Assembly (NCBI GenBank): GCA_964583635.1
Contig: CAZOXB010000001.1
Span: 1 to 51,061 of the forward strand
Source: an uncultured Opitutaceae bacterium
GTDB taxonomy: Bacteria; Verrucomicrobiota; Verrucomicrobiia; Opitutales; Opitutaceae
DNA length: 51,061 nt
Direction of reading: 5' to 3'
Below the pieces are notes generated by a model. That model saw only the letters and a program-made list of their open reading frames with translations, was not told the DNA's origin and did not search any database. The translations under genes and the position numbers were made by a program. This document shows positions 34,219-44,390 of this stretch, one piece after another; within the stretch, counting starts at the first letter, position 1, and each line of letters starts with the position of its first letter.

Positions 34219-34290
34219 GGGAGGTGCGGACGTTGGCCGGCGGAACGTTATGGCAGGGCGGACCAGACTGATGCACCTGCCCGCGTGCGG

Positions 34291-34323
34291 ACAAAGCAAA
34301 AACCGGGACCTGCGGGTCCCGGT
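34291..34323 (-). terminator. Rho-independent terminator downstream of pnp
   Basis: Minus strand reads ACCGGGACC-CGCA-GGTCCCGGT (perfect 9-bp stem, 34302-34323), followed by TTTTTGCTTTGT. Confidence 0.65.
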
Positions 34324-34369
34324 TCGGGCGTTTGTCGGACGGGTGGGATCATGGCAGCCTTGACGCGAG

Positions 34370-34393
34370 GCCCGGGTCTGGAGAGACCCGGGC
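34370..34393 (-). other. Perfect 10-bp stem-loop just after the pnp stop (no U-tract)
   Basis: GCCCGGGTCT-GGAG-AGACCCGGGC on the plus strand. Lies about 32 nt downstream of the pnp stop (34425). Confidence 0.5.
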
Positions 34394-34424
34394 GGCGGAT
34401 ACCTGCTCCCGGATCAGGTGCGGT

Positions 34425-36641
34425 TCAGAAGTCCGCGTTTTGATGCGGCTGGGAGCTGCCCGCGTCAGGCGCGGCCTCGGCGGGAGGCGTGCCCTGCTGC
34501 TGTTGCTGTTCCCGCTCCTTCATGGCGGCCTTGCGCGAGAGACGGACCTTGCCCGTCTTCTCGTCGATGCCGACGCATTTCACCCAGATGGTCTCACCCA
34601 TCTTCACGACATCCTCGGTGCGGCGGACGCGCATGTCGGCCAGTTCGCTGATGTGGCAGAGGCCTTCCTTGCCAGGCAGGCATTCCACGAAGCAGCCGAA
34701 CTCCTTGATGCCGGTGACGCGGCCCTGGTAGATCTTGCCGATCTCGATCTGGGCACCGCCGCCGCAAAGGGCGTCGATCTCCTCCACCGCGCGATTCATC
34801 GCATCCGCATTGTTGGAATAGATGAAGACCTTGCCCGAGTCGTCGTCGGCGATGTCGATCTGCGCGCCGGTGGTCTCGACGATGCGCCGGATGGTCTTGC
34901 CGCCGGGGCCGATGAGCAGACCGATCTTTTCCGGATCAATCTGGATCGTCTGGATGCGCGGCGCATACTTGGACAGGTCCTTGCGCGGCGCGGGGAGCGC
35001 ACCGAGCATGTGCTTGAGAATCTCGATGCGTGCGTCACGGGCCTGATAGATGGCGGCCTTGGCGATCTCGAACGGCAGGCCATTGATCTTCAGGTCAAGC
35101 TGGAAGCCGGTGATGCCCTTGGTGGTGCCGGCCAGCTTGAAGTCCATGTCGCCGAAATGATCTTCCTCGCCGAGAATGTCGGTGATGGTCGTCCACTTGG
35201 TGATGCCGCCATCGGGACCGTTCTCGGTCATCAGGCCGCAGGAAATGCCTGCGACGGGAGCGATGATGGGCACACCGGCATCCATCAGGGAGAGGCAGCC
35301 GCCGCAGATCGAGGCCATCGAGGTCGATCCATTGGATGCCATGATTTCCGAGACCACACGAATGGAGTAGGGGAAGACATCCTCCGGCGGAAGGACGGGC
35401 ACCAAGGAACGCTCGGCCAGGGCGCCGTGGCCGATTTCCCGGCGGCCCGGACCCGTGAAGCGCCCCGTCTCACCGACGGAGAACGGCGGAAAATTGTAGT
35501 GAAGGATGAACGACTTCGACGTCGCTCCCCCCGTCAGGCCATCCATGTCCTGGGCTTCCTTGGTGGGTCCCAGGGTGGTGATGGCGATGTTCTGGGTGTC
35601 GCCGCGTTGGAACATGGCGGAGCCGTGAACCCGCGGCAGCACGCCGACGCTGGCTTGCAGCGGACGGATGGTCCTGGCATCGCGGCCGTCGGCCCGGACT
35701 CCACGCTCGAGCACAGTCTTGCGGTAGGCCTTGTACTGGAGATCCTCAAAAACGACGTTGAGGTCGACGTCGGTGAAGCGGCCTTCGCCCAGCTCGGTGG
35801 TGAGTGCAACCTTGGCCTCTTCCTTGAGCAGTTTGACGGCAGCGCCGCGGGCCGCCTTTTCCTTGCCGAAGATGGCTTCGGCGAGGCGCTCGGCGGGAAC
35901 CACCCGCTCGATGATTGCGCGCGCCTCCGCCGTGGCACCGACCAGCGCGAAGGTGGCCTTGGGTTTGCCGCAGAGGGCGACCAGTTCCCGGATGGCCTTG
36001 AGGATCGGCTGGATCGACTCGTGGCCGAACGCCAGTGCCTCGATGAAGCGGTCCTCGCTGATCTGGTCGGCGGAGCCTTCGATCATCAGCATGTCCTTTT
36101 CGGTGCCGACGTAGATGAGGTCGAGGGTGCTGGCAAACATCTGCTCGATGGTGGGATTCGCAACGAACTGGCCATCAACCTGGCCGACCCGCACGGCGGC
36201 GATGGGTCCCGCCCACGGAATATCCGAAATGGCGAGGGCGGCCGAGGCTCCGTTCACCATGGGGATGTCCGCCTCGTTGAGCTGGTCGGCGGACATGAGC
36301 TGGCCGATGATCTGCACTTCGTTGAGGAAACCCTCGGGGAAAAGCGGCCGGCAGGGACGGTCGCAGAGACGGGACGTGAGGATCTCCTTTTCGGAAGGAC
36401 GGCCCTCGCGCTTGAAGTAGCCGCCGGGAAAACGGCCGGCCGCGGCATATTTTTCGCGGTAGTCGACCGTCAGCGGGAAGAAATCCTGCCCGGGGCGCAT
36501 GGTTTGCGCGACGCAGGCCGTGACGAAGACGTTGGTTTCGCCGACCGTGACATTGACTGCTCCGTTGGCGAGTTGGGCGATGGAGCCGGTTGAAAACGTG
36601 ATTCCCAGACCGGGAACCGTAACGACATATTTCTGATTCAT
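34425..36641 (-). CDS. pnp: Polyribonucleotide nucleotidyltransferase (PNPase)
   Basis: [29 protein letters not shown]. Two RNase PH domains, a KH domain ([15 protein letters not shown]) and an S1 domain ([33 protein letters not shown]). Lies downstream of rpsO. Start moved to ATG 36641. Confidence 0.95.
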   Translation of the reverse strand: MNQKYVVTVPGLGITFSTGSIAQLANGAVNVTVGETNVFVTACVAQTMRPGQDFFPLTVDYREKYAAAGRFPGGYFKREGRPSEKEILTSRLCDRPCRPLFPEGFLNEVQIIGQLMSADQLNEADIPMVNGASAALAISDIPWAGPIAAVRVGQVDGQFVANPTIEQMFASTLDLIYVGTEKDMLMIEGSADQISEDRFIEALAFGHESIQPILKAIRELVALCGKPKATFALVGATAEARAIIERVVPAERLAEAIFGKEKAARGAAVKLLKEEAKVALTTELGEGRFTDVDLNVVFEDLQYKAYRKTVLERGVRADGRDARTIRPLQASVGVLPRVHGSAMFQRGDTQNIAITTLGPTKEAQDMDGLTGGATSKSFILHYNFPPFSVGETGRFTGPGRREIGHGALAERSLVPVLPPEDVFPYSIRVVSEIMASNGSTSMASICGGCLSLMDAGVPIIAPVAGISCGLMTENGPDGGITKWTTITDILGEEDHFGDMDFKLAGTTKGITGFQLDLKINGLPFEIAKAAIYQARDARIEILKHMLGALPAPRKDLSKYAPRIQTIQIDPEKIGLLIGPGGKTIRRIVETTGAQIDIADDDSGKVFIYSNNADAMNRAVEEIDALCGGGAQIEIGKIYQGRVTGIKEFGCFVECLPGKEGLCHISELADMRVRRTEDVVKMGETIWVKCVGIDEKTGKVRLSRKAAMKEREQQQQQGTPPAEAAPDAGSSQPHQNADF

Positions 36642-36893
36642 ATTTATTGAGTTGCCGTCCTGCCTCCGGGCCCTGGGCCACGGCGTCAGGATCAGGTTTG
36701 ATCCAATGCGGCAGGTGGATTCCTGCCTGCATTCCTCCCGAGGACGCCGCGTGGGCGGGCCTTCGGAAGCGGGGCATTTCCCAACACTCTCGCCAGCCGC
36801 GAGAAATTTCCGGCTAGATCCAAAACCTTCACTGAACAAGGTCTTGGCGCTAATCGGAAATGTCCCGGTCTGAATCGAGGGTCTGAAGAACAA

Positions 36894-36920
36894 CGGGCGA
36901 CCCGCGTGTCGGATCGCCCG
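36894..36920 (-). terminator. Hairpin after rpsO (terminator/attenuator at the head of the rpsO-pnp spacer)
   Basis: Minus strand reads CGGGCGA-(13 nt)-TCGCCCG, followed by TTGTTCTTC. Begins 18 nt after the rpsO stop. Confidence 0.4.
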
Positions 36921-36937
36921 CCTGTGGAGAAACTATT

Positions 36938-37204
36938 TTACTTACGGAGATTCAGCTTTTGCAGAATCTCGGTGTACTTGGCCAGATCGTGGCGCTTGAG
37001 GTAGTCGAGGAGCTTTCGCCGGCGGCTTGCCATTTGGAGCAGGCCACGGCGGCTGTGAAAGTCCTTGCGATGCGAGCGCAGGTGATCGGTCAGGTGATTG
37101 ATCCGGGCTGTGAGCAGCGCGATCTGAACCTCGGACGAGCCGGTGTCCTTATCGTGGATCTTGTATTGGGCGATGATTTCGGGTTTTTGAACGACGGATG
37201 ACAT
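36938..37204 (-). CDS. rpsO: 30S ribosomal protein S15
   Basis: 88 aa: ...[50 protein letters not shown]... Classic rpsO-pnp order. Confidence 0.95.
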   Translation of the reverse strand: MSSVVQKPEIIAQYKIHDKDTGSSEVQIALLTARINHLTDHLRSHRKDFHSRRGLLQMASRRRKLLDYLKRHDLAKYTEILQKLNLRK

Positions 37205-37232
37205 GGTTTATCAATGAGTTGCACGCCTGAAG

Positions 37233-37255
37233 GGAGGTGCAAGATTGCAGCCTCC
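37233..37255 (-). promoter_or_regulatory. Stem-loop in the rpsO 5' leader
   Basis: Minus strand reads GGAGG-C-TGCA-ATCT-TGCA-CCTCC. Lies 29-51 nt upstream of the rpsO ATG (37204). Confidence 0.4.
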
Positions 37256-37426
37256 GTGTCATCCGCGTTCGCTGTGGGGAGAACCACAGCGTCAGCCGAC
37301 AACACCGTTCCAGTTCCGCGAAGTGCGAAACCAGGCATGGTAGGCGCCCGTAACCGAACGGACATCCACTAACGCAAGGGGATACTCTTTCCTATCGGTT
37401 CGGGAGGGTGCAAGCGTAATCTCTGC

Positions 37427-37810
37427 TTAACCTGAACGTAAATGCAGCTCCCGCACATGCCCGCAGCCAGGAAGTTTCCGCAGTTTTTGAACAATTGCAG
37501 TTCGATGCAGGAAGAGTTCGTTGCGGACAACAGCATGCGGAACGAGGACGATCAGCCGTCCCTTCGGGTCAATCTGGGCAACATGAGAATAATGGGCATT
37601 CGCGGGACCGACAAGAGTTTGCCAGTGATCCCGGATGGTTTGCTCCGGTGATGCCATCCCGATCGAATGTTTCACCAGAAGATCCTGCATCAACGTTGCG
37701 ATCGATTTCGTTTCACGGAGGCGCCCGCCGGTTCCATCGCTGGGAATGCGCCGCAGCGAACGAATCAATTCCTCGGCGATCTTGCTGAATGGCTGGGGAT
37801 TACCGCTCAT
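37427..37810 (-). CDS. DUF721 / DciA-like protein
   Basis: About 127 aa: ...IRDHWQTLVGPANAHYSHVAQIDPKGRLIVLVPHAVVRNELFLHRTAIVQKLRKL... This is the typical DUF721 pattern. Start at ATG 37810. Confidence 0.6.
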   Translation of the reverse strand: MSGNPQPFSKIAEELIRSLRRIPSDGTGGRLRETKSIATLMQDLLVKHSIGMASPEQTIRDHWQTLVGPANAHYSHVAQIDPKGRLIVLVPHAVVRNELFLHRTAIVQKLRKLPGCGHVRELHLRSG

Positions 37811-37924
37811 TTGTGCCTGAGGGAGTGATATGCCGGTGGGACGATGCGATGGCATGGTTTCGCGGCGAACGCGGCAAATCGAAGCACACCTTGGCCTGAC
37901 CGCGGGCGAAACGCTCCGGAAACA

Positions 37925-38998
37925 TCATATGAAGAGCATGCATTTCAACTGCGAAGCCACGGCTTGAAAAACGGCACTCACCGGGATTTTGCGGACGCAG
38001 AAACTCCGGTAGGCGTCGTTGGGAATACAGGGCTTGGGCAGTTCCGATGGGGGAAAGCAGGTGCAGGGCAGATCGGTCTGGAGGCAGATGGGGTTGTCGC
38101 CTTGGGGTCGCCAGACGGTTGCGTTCTGGGAGCCGAAGAGGGCCACCACCCGGGTGCCCACGGCCGAGGCAATGTGCATGGGACCGCTATCGTGGCATAC
38201 AAAGAGGTCGAATTGGGCAACAATGGCTGCGAATTCCTCAACCGTGAAAGGCTTGTCCAGAAGAATCACATGGGTGCGGGTTCGCTGGCGGATGGCGCGC
38301 AACGTGCCCGGATCGGAGGGCCCGCCCGCGAGGAACACCTGAAGATCCAGTTCCTCCTGCATCCGGTCGATGAGCGCGGCGAAGCGGTCAACCGGCCACA
38401 GACGGAACGTGCTCCGCGTGCCGGGATGGATGAGGACCTTGCGCGATGCTCCCGATACCAGTCGCCGGGCCTGCCGCTGCGCGGCATCTCCGGGGACGAG
38501 CCGGACCTGTCTCGAGGGCGTGGGAATGTCGGCGGCGTGCAACAGCCGGTGGTAGGTGTCGATGATGGATTGGGAATCGTGCTCCGCCAGGGGGATCCGG
38601 GCGAGATGGGTGTAATTGCGGCGGAAGCGAATCTTCCGGCTGTCCAAGGCGACGGTGACACGAACCCGCGCTCCGGTCCACGCCGCGAGCGCGGCGGTGC
38701 CTTCCGTGTTGTCGAAATCGAAGACATGGGTGAATCGTTCCCGGCGGATTTTCAGGAGAAAGCCGGGCCAGGCACCGGCTCCCGCGGGCAGGATCCACGT
38801 CCGGTTGACATCGGGAATCAGGGGCGGAACGTCGTGGTAGAGCGGATCGACGAGAAATGCGATGTGGGCACCCGGCCAATGGAGTCGCAGATTGGCCACG
38901 GCACTGCCCAGGAGGACGATGTCCCCGAGATACCGACGCCGGATGAGGAGGATCCGGGGAGCGGGGTTCGAGGTTTCGCTGGAGGTGGTGGAACCCAT
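37925..38998 (-). CDS. Glycosyltransferase family 9 (LPS heptosyltransferase-like)
   Basis: RILLIRRRYLGDIVLLGSAVANLRLHWPGAHIAFLV..., later LFVCHDSGPMHIASAVGTRVVALFG (GT9 C-terminal motif). Start moved to ATG 38998. Confidence 0.8.
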   Translation of the reverse strand: MGSTTSSETSNPAPRILLIRRRYLGDIVLLGSAVANLRLHWPGAHIAFLVDPLYHDVPPLIPDVNRTWILPAGAGAWPGFLLKIRRERFTHVFDFDNTEGTAALAAWTGARVRVTVALDSRKIRFRRNYTHLARIPLAEHDSQSIIDTYHRLLHAADIPTPSRQVRLVPGDAAQRQARRLVSGASRKVLIHPGTRSTFRLWPVDRFAALIDRMQEELDLQVFLAGGPSDPGTLRAIRQRTRTHVILLDKPFTVEEFAAIVAQFDLFVCHDSGPMHIASAVGTRVVALFGSQNATVWRPQGDNPICLQTDLPCTCFPPSELPKPCIPNDAYRSFCVRKIPVSAVFQAVASQLKCMLFI

Positions 38999-39041
38999 GG
39001 AACGGGTGAACGATGATCCGTGCGGGCGGGAAGGGGGAAAC

Positions 39042-40793
39042 TCACCGGGTGCCCGACTGGCTGTCGTAGAGTGAGCGATACAGCGGGTTGCCGGCATGCA
39101 GGGTCGAATGATCACCGCTGGCGACGAGGCGGCCATTCTCGAAGACGAGAATCATCGATGCGTCGCGGATGGTCGAGAAGCGGTGGGCGATGAGCAGCAC
39201 GGTCTTGCCCCGGACGAGATTCTGCAACGCGCGCTGGATATAGGCTTCGCTGTCACTGTCCAGCGCGCTGGTGGCTTCGTCGAGGATGAGGATCGGCGCG
39301 TTGCGCAGGAAGGCGCGCGCCAGCGCCACACGCTGCTTCTGGCCGCCCGAAAGGCGCAGGCCCCGTTCTCCCACGACCGTCCCGTACCCGTCCTTTTCCG
39401 CGGAGATGAAGTCGTGGGCGAACGCATCCTTCGCGGCTTGAATGACCTCCTCCTGCGTCGCATCGGGCCTGCCCACCAGCAGATTGTTGTGGATGGTGTC
39501 GTTGAAGAGGACGGGTTCCTGGGAAACGACGGCGATGTTCCGGCGCAGATCGGCGAGGCGCATCGCGCGCACATCCTTCCCGTCAATGCGCACGGCTCCC
39601 TCGGTGGCCTCGAAGAAACGCGGCACGAGGTTGGCGAACGTGCTCTTGCCGGCTCCGGAAGGGCCGACCAGGGCGCAGGTGGTTCCGGCGGGGATCTGCA
39701 CACTCACATCCTTCAGGACGTTGTTGCCCTCGGTGTAGGCGAAGGACACGGCGTCGAATTCAATGGCTCCGCGGAGGCGGTCCACCGCCACGGGATCAGC
39801 GGGATCCGTGATCGTGAGCGGTTCATTCAGAACGAACTCCAGCCGGTCGAGCGAGGCTTCGGCGCGCTTCAATTCGTTGTTCAGCGAACCGATCTTCTTC
39901 ACCGGCTCATAGGCGAGGAACAAGGCCGTGATGATGCCGAGAAACGTGTCCTTGGAGATCTGCGCATCGTACGCGTAAAGCAGCGTGCCCGCCACACCGA
40001 GGGCCGCGATCACCTCGATCGCCGGGCTGAGCGCCTGCGCGTACTTCACGATCTTGAGCTGGTGCTTGAAAAGCTGCTGCAGCAGCACCGACAGGCGGTG
40101 GATCTCGCGCTTCTCCATTCCGTAGGCCCGGACCTCGCGGGCCGCCGCGAGGTTCTCCGCAAAGAGGGCGGTCACCACCCCGAGATTCCCCTGCACCTGC
40201 TGGGCCCGACGCATGACCTTCCTGCCGACAAAGCGGATGGGAAAGACCGCCAGCGGGACGGCGGCGAGGCAGAGCAGCATCATGCCCACCCCGTGCGCGT
40301 CGAGCGCCTTGGCGGCAAGGTACCCGAGGGCGCCCAGCAGGGTGAAGGGTTGCTTGATGCCGTCGTTGGCGAGCTGGGTGAGCGTGAACTGGAGCTGGGC
40401 GGTGTCCGAGAGGCCGCGGGCGAGGAGATCCCCGGATTGCCGCCCCTGCACAAACGACAGCGGCAGGTATTGCAGCTTCTGAAAATAATCCGCCCTCAGG
40501 CGCTCCAGGATCCGGGTGCCCGCAAACTGCATCAGGTAGGAATTCAGGTATCCGGCGAGTCCCCGCACGAGGAAATTTGCGGGAATATAAGCCGCAATCC
40601 AGATGACCTCGCGCCAAGGCAGGCGGTCCGCCGACACGGTGAAAATCTGCGGGAAGATGTTTTCCGTCAGCCAGGGGATGCCGATCCCGGTGGCCGCCGC
40701 ATAGACGATTCCGAAGAAAATCGCCCAGGCGATCTGCATGCGGACGAGCCGCAGGTAGTGGAGGTAGGGACGGAGCCTTCGCAGCGATCGCAT
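39042..40793 (-). CDS. ABC exporter, fused permease/ATPase, MsbA-like
   Basis: Six-TM ABC_membrane domain plus an NBD: GPSGAGKST, LSGGQKQRVALARA, ILILDEATSALD. Adjacent to the GT9 gene, which suggests but does not prove lipid A/LPS export. Confidence 0.85.
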   Translation of the reverse strand: MRSLRRLRPYLHYLRLVRMQIAWAIFFGIVYAAATGIGIPWLTENIFPQIFTVSADRLPWREVIWIAAYIPANFLVRGLAGYLNSYLMQFAGTRILERLRADYFQKLQYLPLSFVQGRQSGDLLARGLSDTAQLQFTLTQLANDGIKQPFTLLGALGYLAAKALDAHGVGMMLLCLAAVPLAVFPIRFVGRKVMRRAQQVQGNLGVVTALFAENLAAAREVRAYGMEKREIHRLSVLLQQLFKHQLKIVKYAQALSPAIEVIAALGVAGTLLYAYDAQISKDTFLGIITALFLAYEPVKKIGSLNNELKRAEASLDRLEFVLNEPLTITDPADPVAVDRLRGAIEFDAVSFAYTEGNNVLKDVSVQIPAGTTCALVGPSGAGKSTFANLVPRFFEATEGAVRIDGKDVRAMRLADLRRNIAVVSQEPVLFNDTIHNNLLVGRPDATQEEVIQAAKDAFAHDFISAEKDGYGTVVGERGLRLSGGQKQRVALARAFLRNAPILILDEATSALDSDSEAYIQRALQNLVRGKTVLLIAHRFSTIRDASMILVFENGRLVASGDHSTLHAGNPLYRSLYDSQSGTR

Positions 40794-40811
40794 GGGGCGT
40801 GTCTTCCGGGG

Positions 40812-41726
40812 CTAGTCCTTGCTGGAGCGCACATCCAGCGCATCGCGCAGTCCGTCCCCGAGGAAGTTGAGCGAGAACAGCGTGAGCGAAAAGACGGCGC
40901 CGGGAAAATACAGGAGCCAGGGGAACTCCTCCATCTTTTCCGCTCCGTCCTTGATCAGCACGCCCCAGGAACTCATGGGCGCCTGCACGCCCAGGCCGAG
41001 GAAGCTGAGAAAGGCCTCGAGCAGCATCACGCTGGGAATCGTGAGCGTCGAGTACACGATGATCGGTCCGACGATGTTGGGGAGGATGTGACGGAAGATC
41101 AGCCGGCGCTTTCCGAAGCCCAGCGAGCGGGCCGCCTCGATGAACTCCATGCGCTTCACCGCCATCACCTGTGCGCGGACGATGCGGGCCATGGTGAGCC
41201 ACTCCACCGCGCCGATCGCGACAAACAGGAGGATGATTTCGCGCCCGAAGAACACCATGAGCAGGATCACGAAAATCGTGAACGGCAGCGAATACATGAT
41301 GTCCACCACGCGCATCATGACGGCGTCGATCTTGCCTTCGAAGAAGCCGGCCACGGCGCCATAGACCACGCCGATCGTCACGGCGACGAGGGTGGCGACC
41401 ATGCCCACGCCGAGGGAGATGCGGCCTCCGTAGAGGGTGCGGACCAGCAGGTCGCGGCCCAGCGTGTCCGTGCCGAGCCAGTGATCGGCGCCGGGGGCTG
41501 AGGCTCCGAGATCGAGGAACTGCTGCTCGTATCCGTAGGAGCTGAAGAACGGCCCCAGGAAGCAGGCGATGAAGACGAACACCAGGACGCTCGCACCGAA
41601 GACGGCGAGCCGGTTCTTGCGGAGGCGGAGCCAGGCATCCCGCCAGAGCGAGCTTCCCTGCTCGGAGGCGGAGGCCGCGCCGGCTGGCGCTGGCGTCGGG
41701 GAGGCGGTCGGTGCAAGGGTGGACAT
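40812..41726 (-). CDS. oppC: Oligopeptide/dipeptide-type ABC transporter permease (OppC/DppC family)
   Basis: SLWRDAWLRLRKNRLAVFG; the BPD_transp_1 core with the EAA-like loop IEAARSLGFGKRRLIFRHILPN. Start taken at ATG 41726; the track start 41774 is GTG and would overlap oppB. Confidence 0.8.
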   Translation of the reverse strand: MSTLAPTASPTPAPAGAASASEQGSSLWRDAWLRLRKNRLAVFGASVLVFVFIACFLGPFFSSYGYEQQFLDLGASAPGADHWLGTDTLGRDLLVRTLYGGRISLGVGMVATLVAVTIGVVYGAVAGFFEGKIDAVMMRVVDIMYSLPFTIFVILLMVFFGREIILLFVAIGAVEWLTMARIVRAQVMAVKRMEFIEAARSLGFGKRRLIFRHILPNIVGPIIVYSTLTIPSVMLLEAFLSFLGLGVQAPMSSWGVLIKDGAEKMEEFPWLLYFPGAVFSLTLFSLNFLGDGLRDALDVRSSKD

Positions 41727-41740
41727 CGGTGTGAGCGGGG

Positions 41741-42661
41741 CTAACGACCGAGCCGGACCTTCGGGTTCATCCACGCCTGGACCACGTCCGCGGCCAGGTT
41801 GAGCGCCATGATCAGGGCCGCGTAAAGAATGACGGTGCCGAGCACCAGGGTGTAGTCGCGGTTGAAGGCGCTGTTCACAAACTCACGGCCCAGCCCCGGT
41901 ATCTGGAAAATGGTTTCGATGACAAAGGATCCGGTGAGTATGCCGGCGATCGCCGGGCCGAGAAAGGAGACGACCGGCAGCAGGCCTCCGCGGAGACAGT
42001 GCTTGAAGACAATCCGGAGCTCCGACGCTCCCTTGGCCCGGGCCGTGCGGACGAAATCCTGGCTCAGGATCTCCAGCATGCCGCCGCGGGTCAGGCGCGA
42101 AATCGGCGCGGCATAGGCGATGCCCAGGACCAGGCAGGGGAGAAACCGGTCCATCGGCGCATACCAGCCCGACGCGTTGAACCAGCCCAGGTGAATGCTG
42201 AAGGCCAGCACCAGCAGCGGGGCGACCACGAACGTCGGCACGGAAATCCCGGCCATGCCGAAGGTCGAGGCGACATAATCCAGCCAGCCGTTCTGCCGGA
42301 TTGCCGCGAGCACTCCGAGGGGAATGCCCATCGCCAGCGCGACCACCAGCGAAATGAGCCCGAGTTCAAGCGATACCGGCAGCTTGTCGCCCAGGATTTC
42401 GTTCACCGTCCGGTTGGGATACTTGAAGGACGGACCGAAATCCCCCTGCAACAGGCTTCCCAGGTAGTCGGCGTACTGCTTCCACAACGGCTGATCCAGG
42501 CCGTAGTGGGCTTCGAGGTTGCGAAGAATCTCCGGGGTGACGGCCTTTTCGGCGGTGAACGGTCCGCCGGGCACGAACCGCAGCATGAAGAACGTCGCCG
42601 TGATGATGATGAACAACGCGAGGGCCGACTGCAGCAAGCGCGACGCGAAAAAACGAAACAT
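41741..42661 (-). CDS. oppB: Oligopeptide/dipeptide-type ABC transporter permease (OppB/DppB family)
   Basis: MFRFFASRLLQSALALFIIITATFFMLRFVPGGPF and DFVRTARAKGASELRIVFKHCLR, the typical family pattern. Confidence 0.85.
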   Translation of the reverse strand: MFRFFASRLLQSALALFIIITATFFMLRFVPGGPFTAEKAVTPEILRNLEAHYGLDQPLWKQYADYLGSLLQGDFGPSFKYPNRTVNEILGDKLPVSLELGLISLVVALAMGIPLGVLAAIRQNGWLDYVASTFGMAGISVPTFVVAPLLVLAFSIHLGWFNASGWYAPMDRFLPCLVLGIAYAAPISRLTRGGMLEILSQDFVRTARAKGASELRIVFKHCLRGGLLPVVSFLGPAIAGILTGSFVIETIFQIPGLGREFVNSAFNRDYTLVLGTVILYAALIMALNLAADVVQAWMNPKVRLGR

Positions 42662-42732
42662 GCCCGCAAGGCTTCAGTCAAATGGCAGGGATGGCAAGGC
42701 GCCAGAGTTCGTGGCCCCGCGGCCCCCGCAAT

Positions 42733-44346
42733 CTACTTCCAGTAGACAAACTTCCAGTTGGGCGTCTCCACCAGATTCTGCGGATAGTGGAGATTGGGAT
42801 TCATGGCAAAAGTCCGCGTGTAAAAATACAGGGGGATGAAGGGCACTTCCTCCATCAGGATGGCATCCATCCTGGAATAGGTGGCCATGCGCTCGGCCTC
42901 GGTCGCGGCATTGAGGGCCACCTCCAGCAACCGGTCATACTCGGGATTGGCGAATCCGGTGTCGTTGTTGCCGTCCCCGGTCCGCCACAGATCGAAGAAG
43001 GTGTTGGGATCCGCATAGTCTGCCACCCAGCCCGCCCGGCAGATCGTGTAGCTGAGGGTATCCTGGGCATCCAGATAAACCTTCCATTCCTGGTTCACCA
43101 GACCCACGTCAATGCCGAGGTTGGTCTTCCACATCTGCTGCACGGCCTCGGCGATCTTGCGGTGGTTCTGGCTGGTATTGTGCAGGAGTTCGACTTTCGG
43201 CATGCCCTTTCCGCCGGGATAACCGGCCTCGGCCAGAAGCTGCCGGGCCAGCGCCAGGTCACCGGCCAGACGGGCGGTGGAGGTGAAGGAATCCATGGGC
43301 GGGCAGGCATTGTAAGCGGGCTGCTGACCCTGTTTGGTCACGCGCTGGACGATCTGCTCGCGATTGATCGCCAGGGCGAGCGCCTTGCGCACGCGCTTGT
43401 CCGTGAGCGGGGGGCGGGTGGTGTTGAGGCGGAAAAAGTAGATCCCCAGCATGGGATCGATCCGCAGCGTGTGCCTGGGATCCTGGCGATAGCTGTCGGT
43501 CTTGTCCAAGGGAAGCTCGTTGGTCTTGTCCAACTGCCCGGTGCGGAACATGCGTTCCTCGGTGTCGATGTTCTCGGTTGGAAAGAAAGTGATCTTCTTC
43601 AGCCTGACCGCCGCCCGGTCCCAGTAGGTGGGCGAGGCCTCCACCACGACGCGCTGCTGCATCGACCATTCCTTCAGGATGAACGGGCCGTTGCCCACGA
43701 TGTTTCCGGGCCGGGTCCAAATGCTGCCCTTGCGCGTGAGACCGCCGAACTTCTCGATGGTGGCGACAGGCACGGGAAACCACGCATAATGTTTCATCGA
43801 CTCGAGCAGGAACGGCGTGCGGCGCTTCAGGGTGATCTGCAGCGTATGATCGTCGATGGCCTTGAAGCCGGTCTGGGAAAAGTCCTTCAGCGTGCCCTGG
43901 TTGAACTCGAACGCCCCGACCACGGCGTAGAGTTTGTTTGAATACTCCGAGGCGAGCGCGGGAGTGAGGATGCGCTGGTAGGAACGGACGAAGTCGGTGG
44001 CGGTGACCGGCTCGCCGTTGGACCATTTCGCGGCAGGCTGCAGCCTGAACGTATAGACCAGTCCGTCGTCGGAGATCGTCCAGCTCGCGGCCGCGGCCGG
44101 CACGGTGCCCTGTCCGTCGGGACCGTAGGCGACCAGCCCCTCGAACAGGGCGTTGACAATCTTGTTTTCGGGCACGCCCGTGACGATCTGTGGATCGAGG
44201 TCCTGGGGTTCGGTGCCGTTGCCGTAGTTGAGGTCGGTGCGGCCCGCGCCTGAGAACGACGCAGGTGAAGGCGCTGCGTCTTTCTTTCCGCAGCCTCCCA
44301 GCAGGAGTGAGCCCAGCACGATTAGCAGCGACACGAGTTTTTGCAT
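42733..44346 (-). CDS. ABC substrate-binding lipoprotein, family 5 (OppA/DppA-like)
   Basis: Lipobox MQKLVSLLIVLGSLLLGGCGKKD. SBP_bac_5 pattern (WSNGEPVTATDFV..., YFFRLNTTRPPLTDKRVRKALALAINRE). Start moved to ATG 44346. Confidence 0.85.
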   Translation of the reverse strand: MQKLVSLLIVLGSLLLGGCGKKDAAPSPASFSGAGRTDLNYGNGTEPQDLDPQIVTGVPENKIVNALFEGLVAYGPDGQGTVPAAAASWTISDDGLVYTFRLQPAAKWSNGEPVTATDFVRSYQRILTPALASEYSNKLYAVVGAFEFNQGTLKDFSQTGFKAIDDHTLQITLKRRTPFLLESMKHYAWFPVPVATIEKFGGLTRKGSIWTRPGNIVGNGPFILKEWSMQQRVVVEASPTYWDRAAVRLKKITFFPTENIDTEERMFRTGQLDKTNELPLDKTDSYRQDPRHTLRIDPMLGIYFFRLNTTRPPLTDKRVRKALALAINREQIVQRVTKQGQQPAYNACPPMDSFTSTARLAGDLALARQLLAEAGYPGGKGMPKVELLHNTSQNHRKIAEAVQQMWKTNLGIDVGLVNQEWKVYLDAQDTLSYTICRAGWVADYADPNTFFDLWRTGDGNNDTGFANPEYDRLLEVALNAATEAERMATYSRMDAILMEEVPFIPLYFYTRTFAMNPNLHYPQNLVETPNWKFVYWK

Positions 44347-44390
44347 TGGACAATCAGATTCGGGTTGATGCGCAGGGCAAGAGTGGGGAT

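Noticed and set aside
34332-36593. 753-aa plus-strand ORF
   Set aside because: It lies entirely antisense to pnp, whose identity is unambiguous. It is a shadow ORF of a GC-rich gene.
39096-41501. 801-aa plus-strand ORF
   Set aside because: It is antisense to the MsbA-like exporter and oppC. Its composition (runs of G, E, D, R, H) is non-protein-like and it has no motifs.
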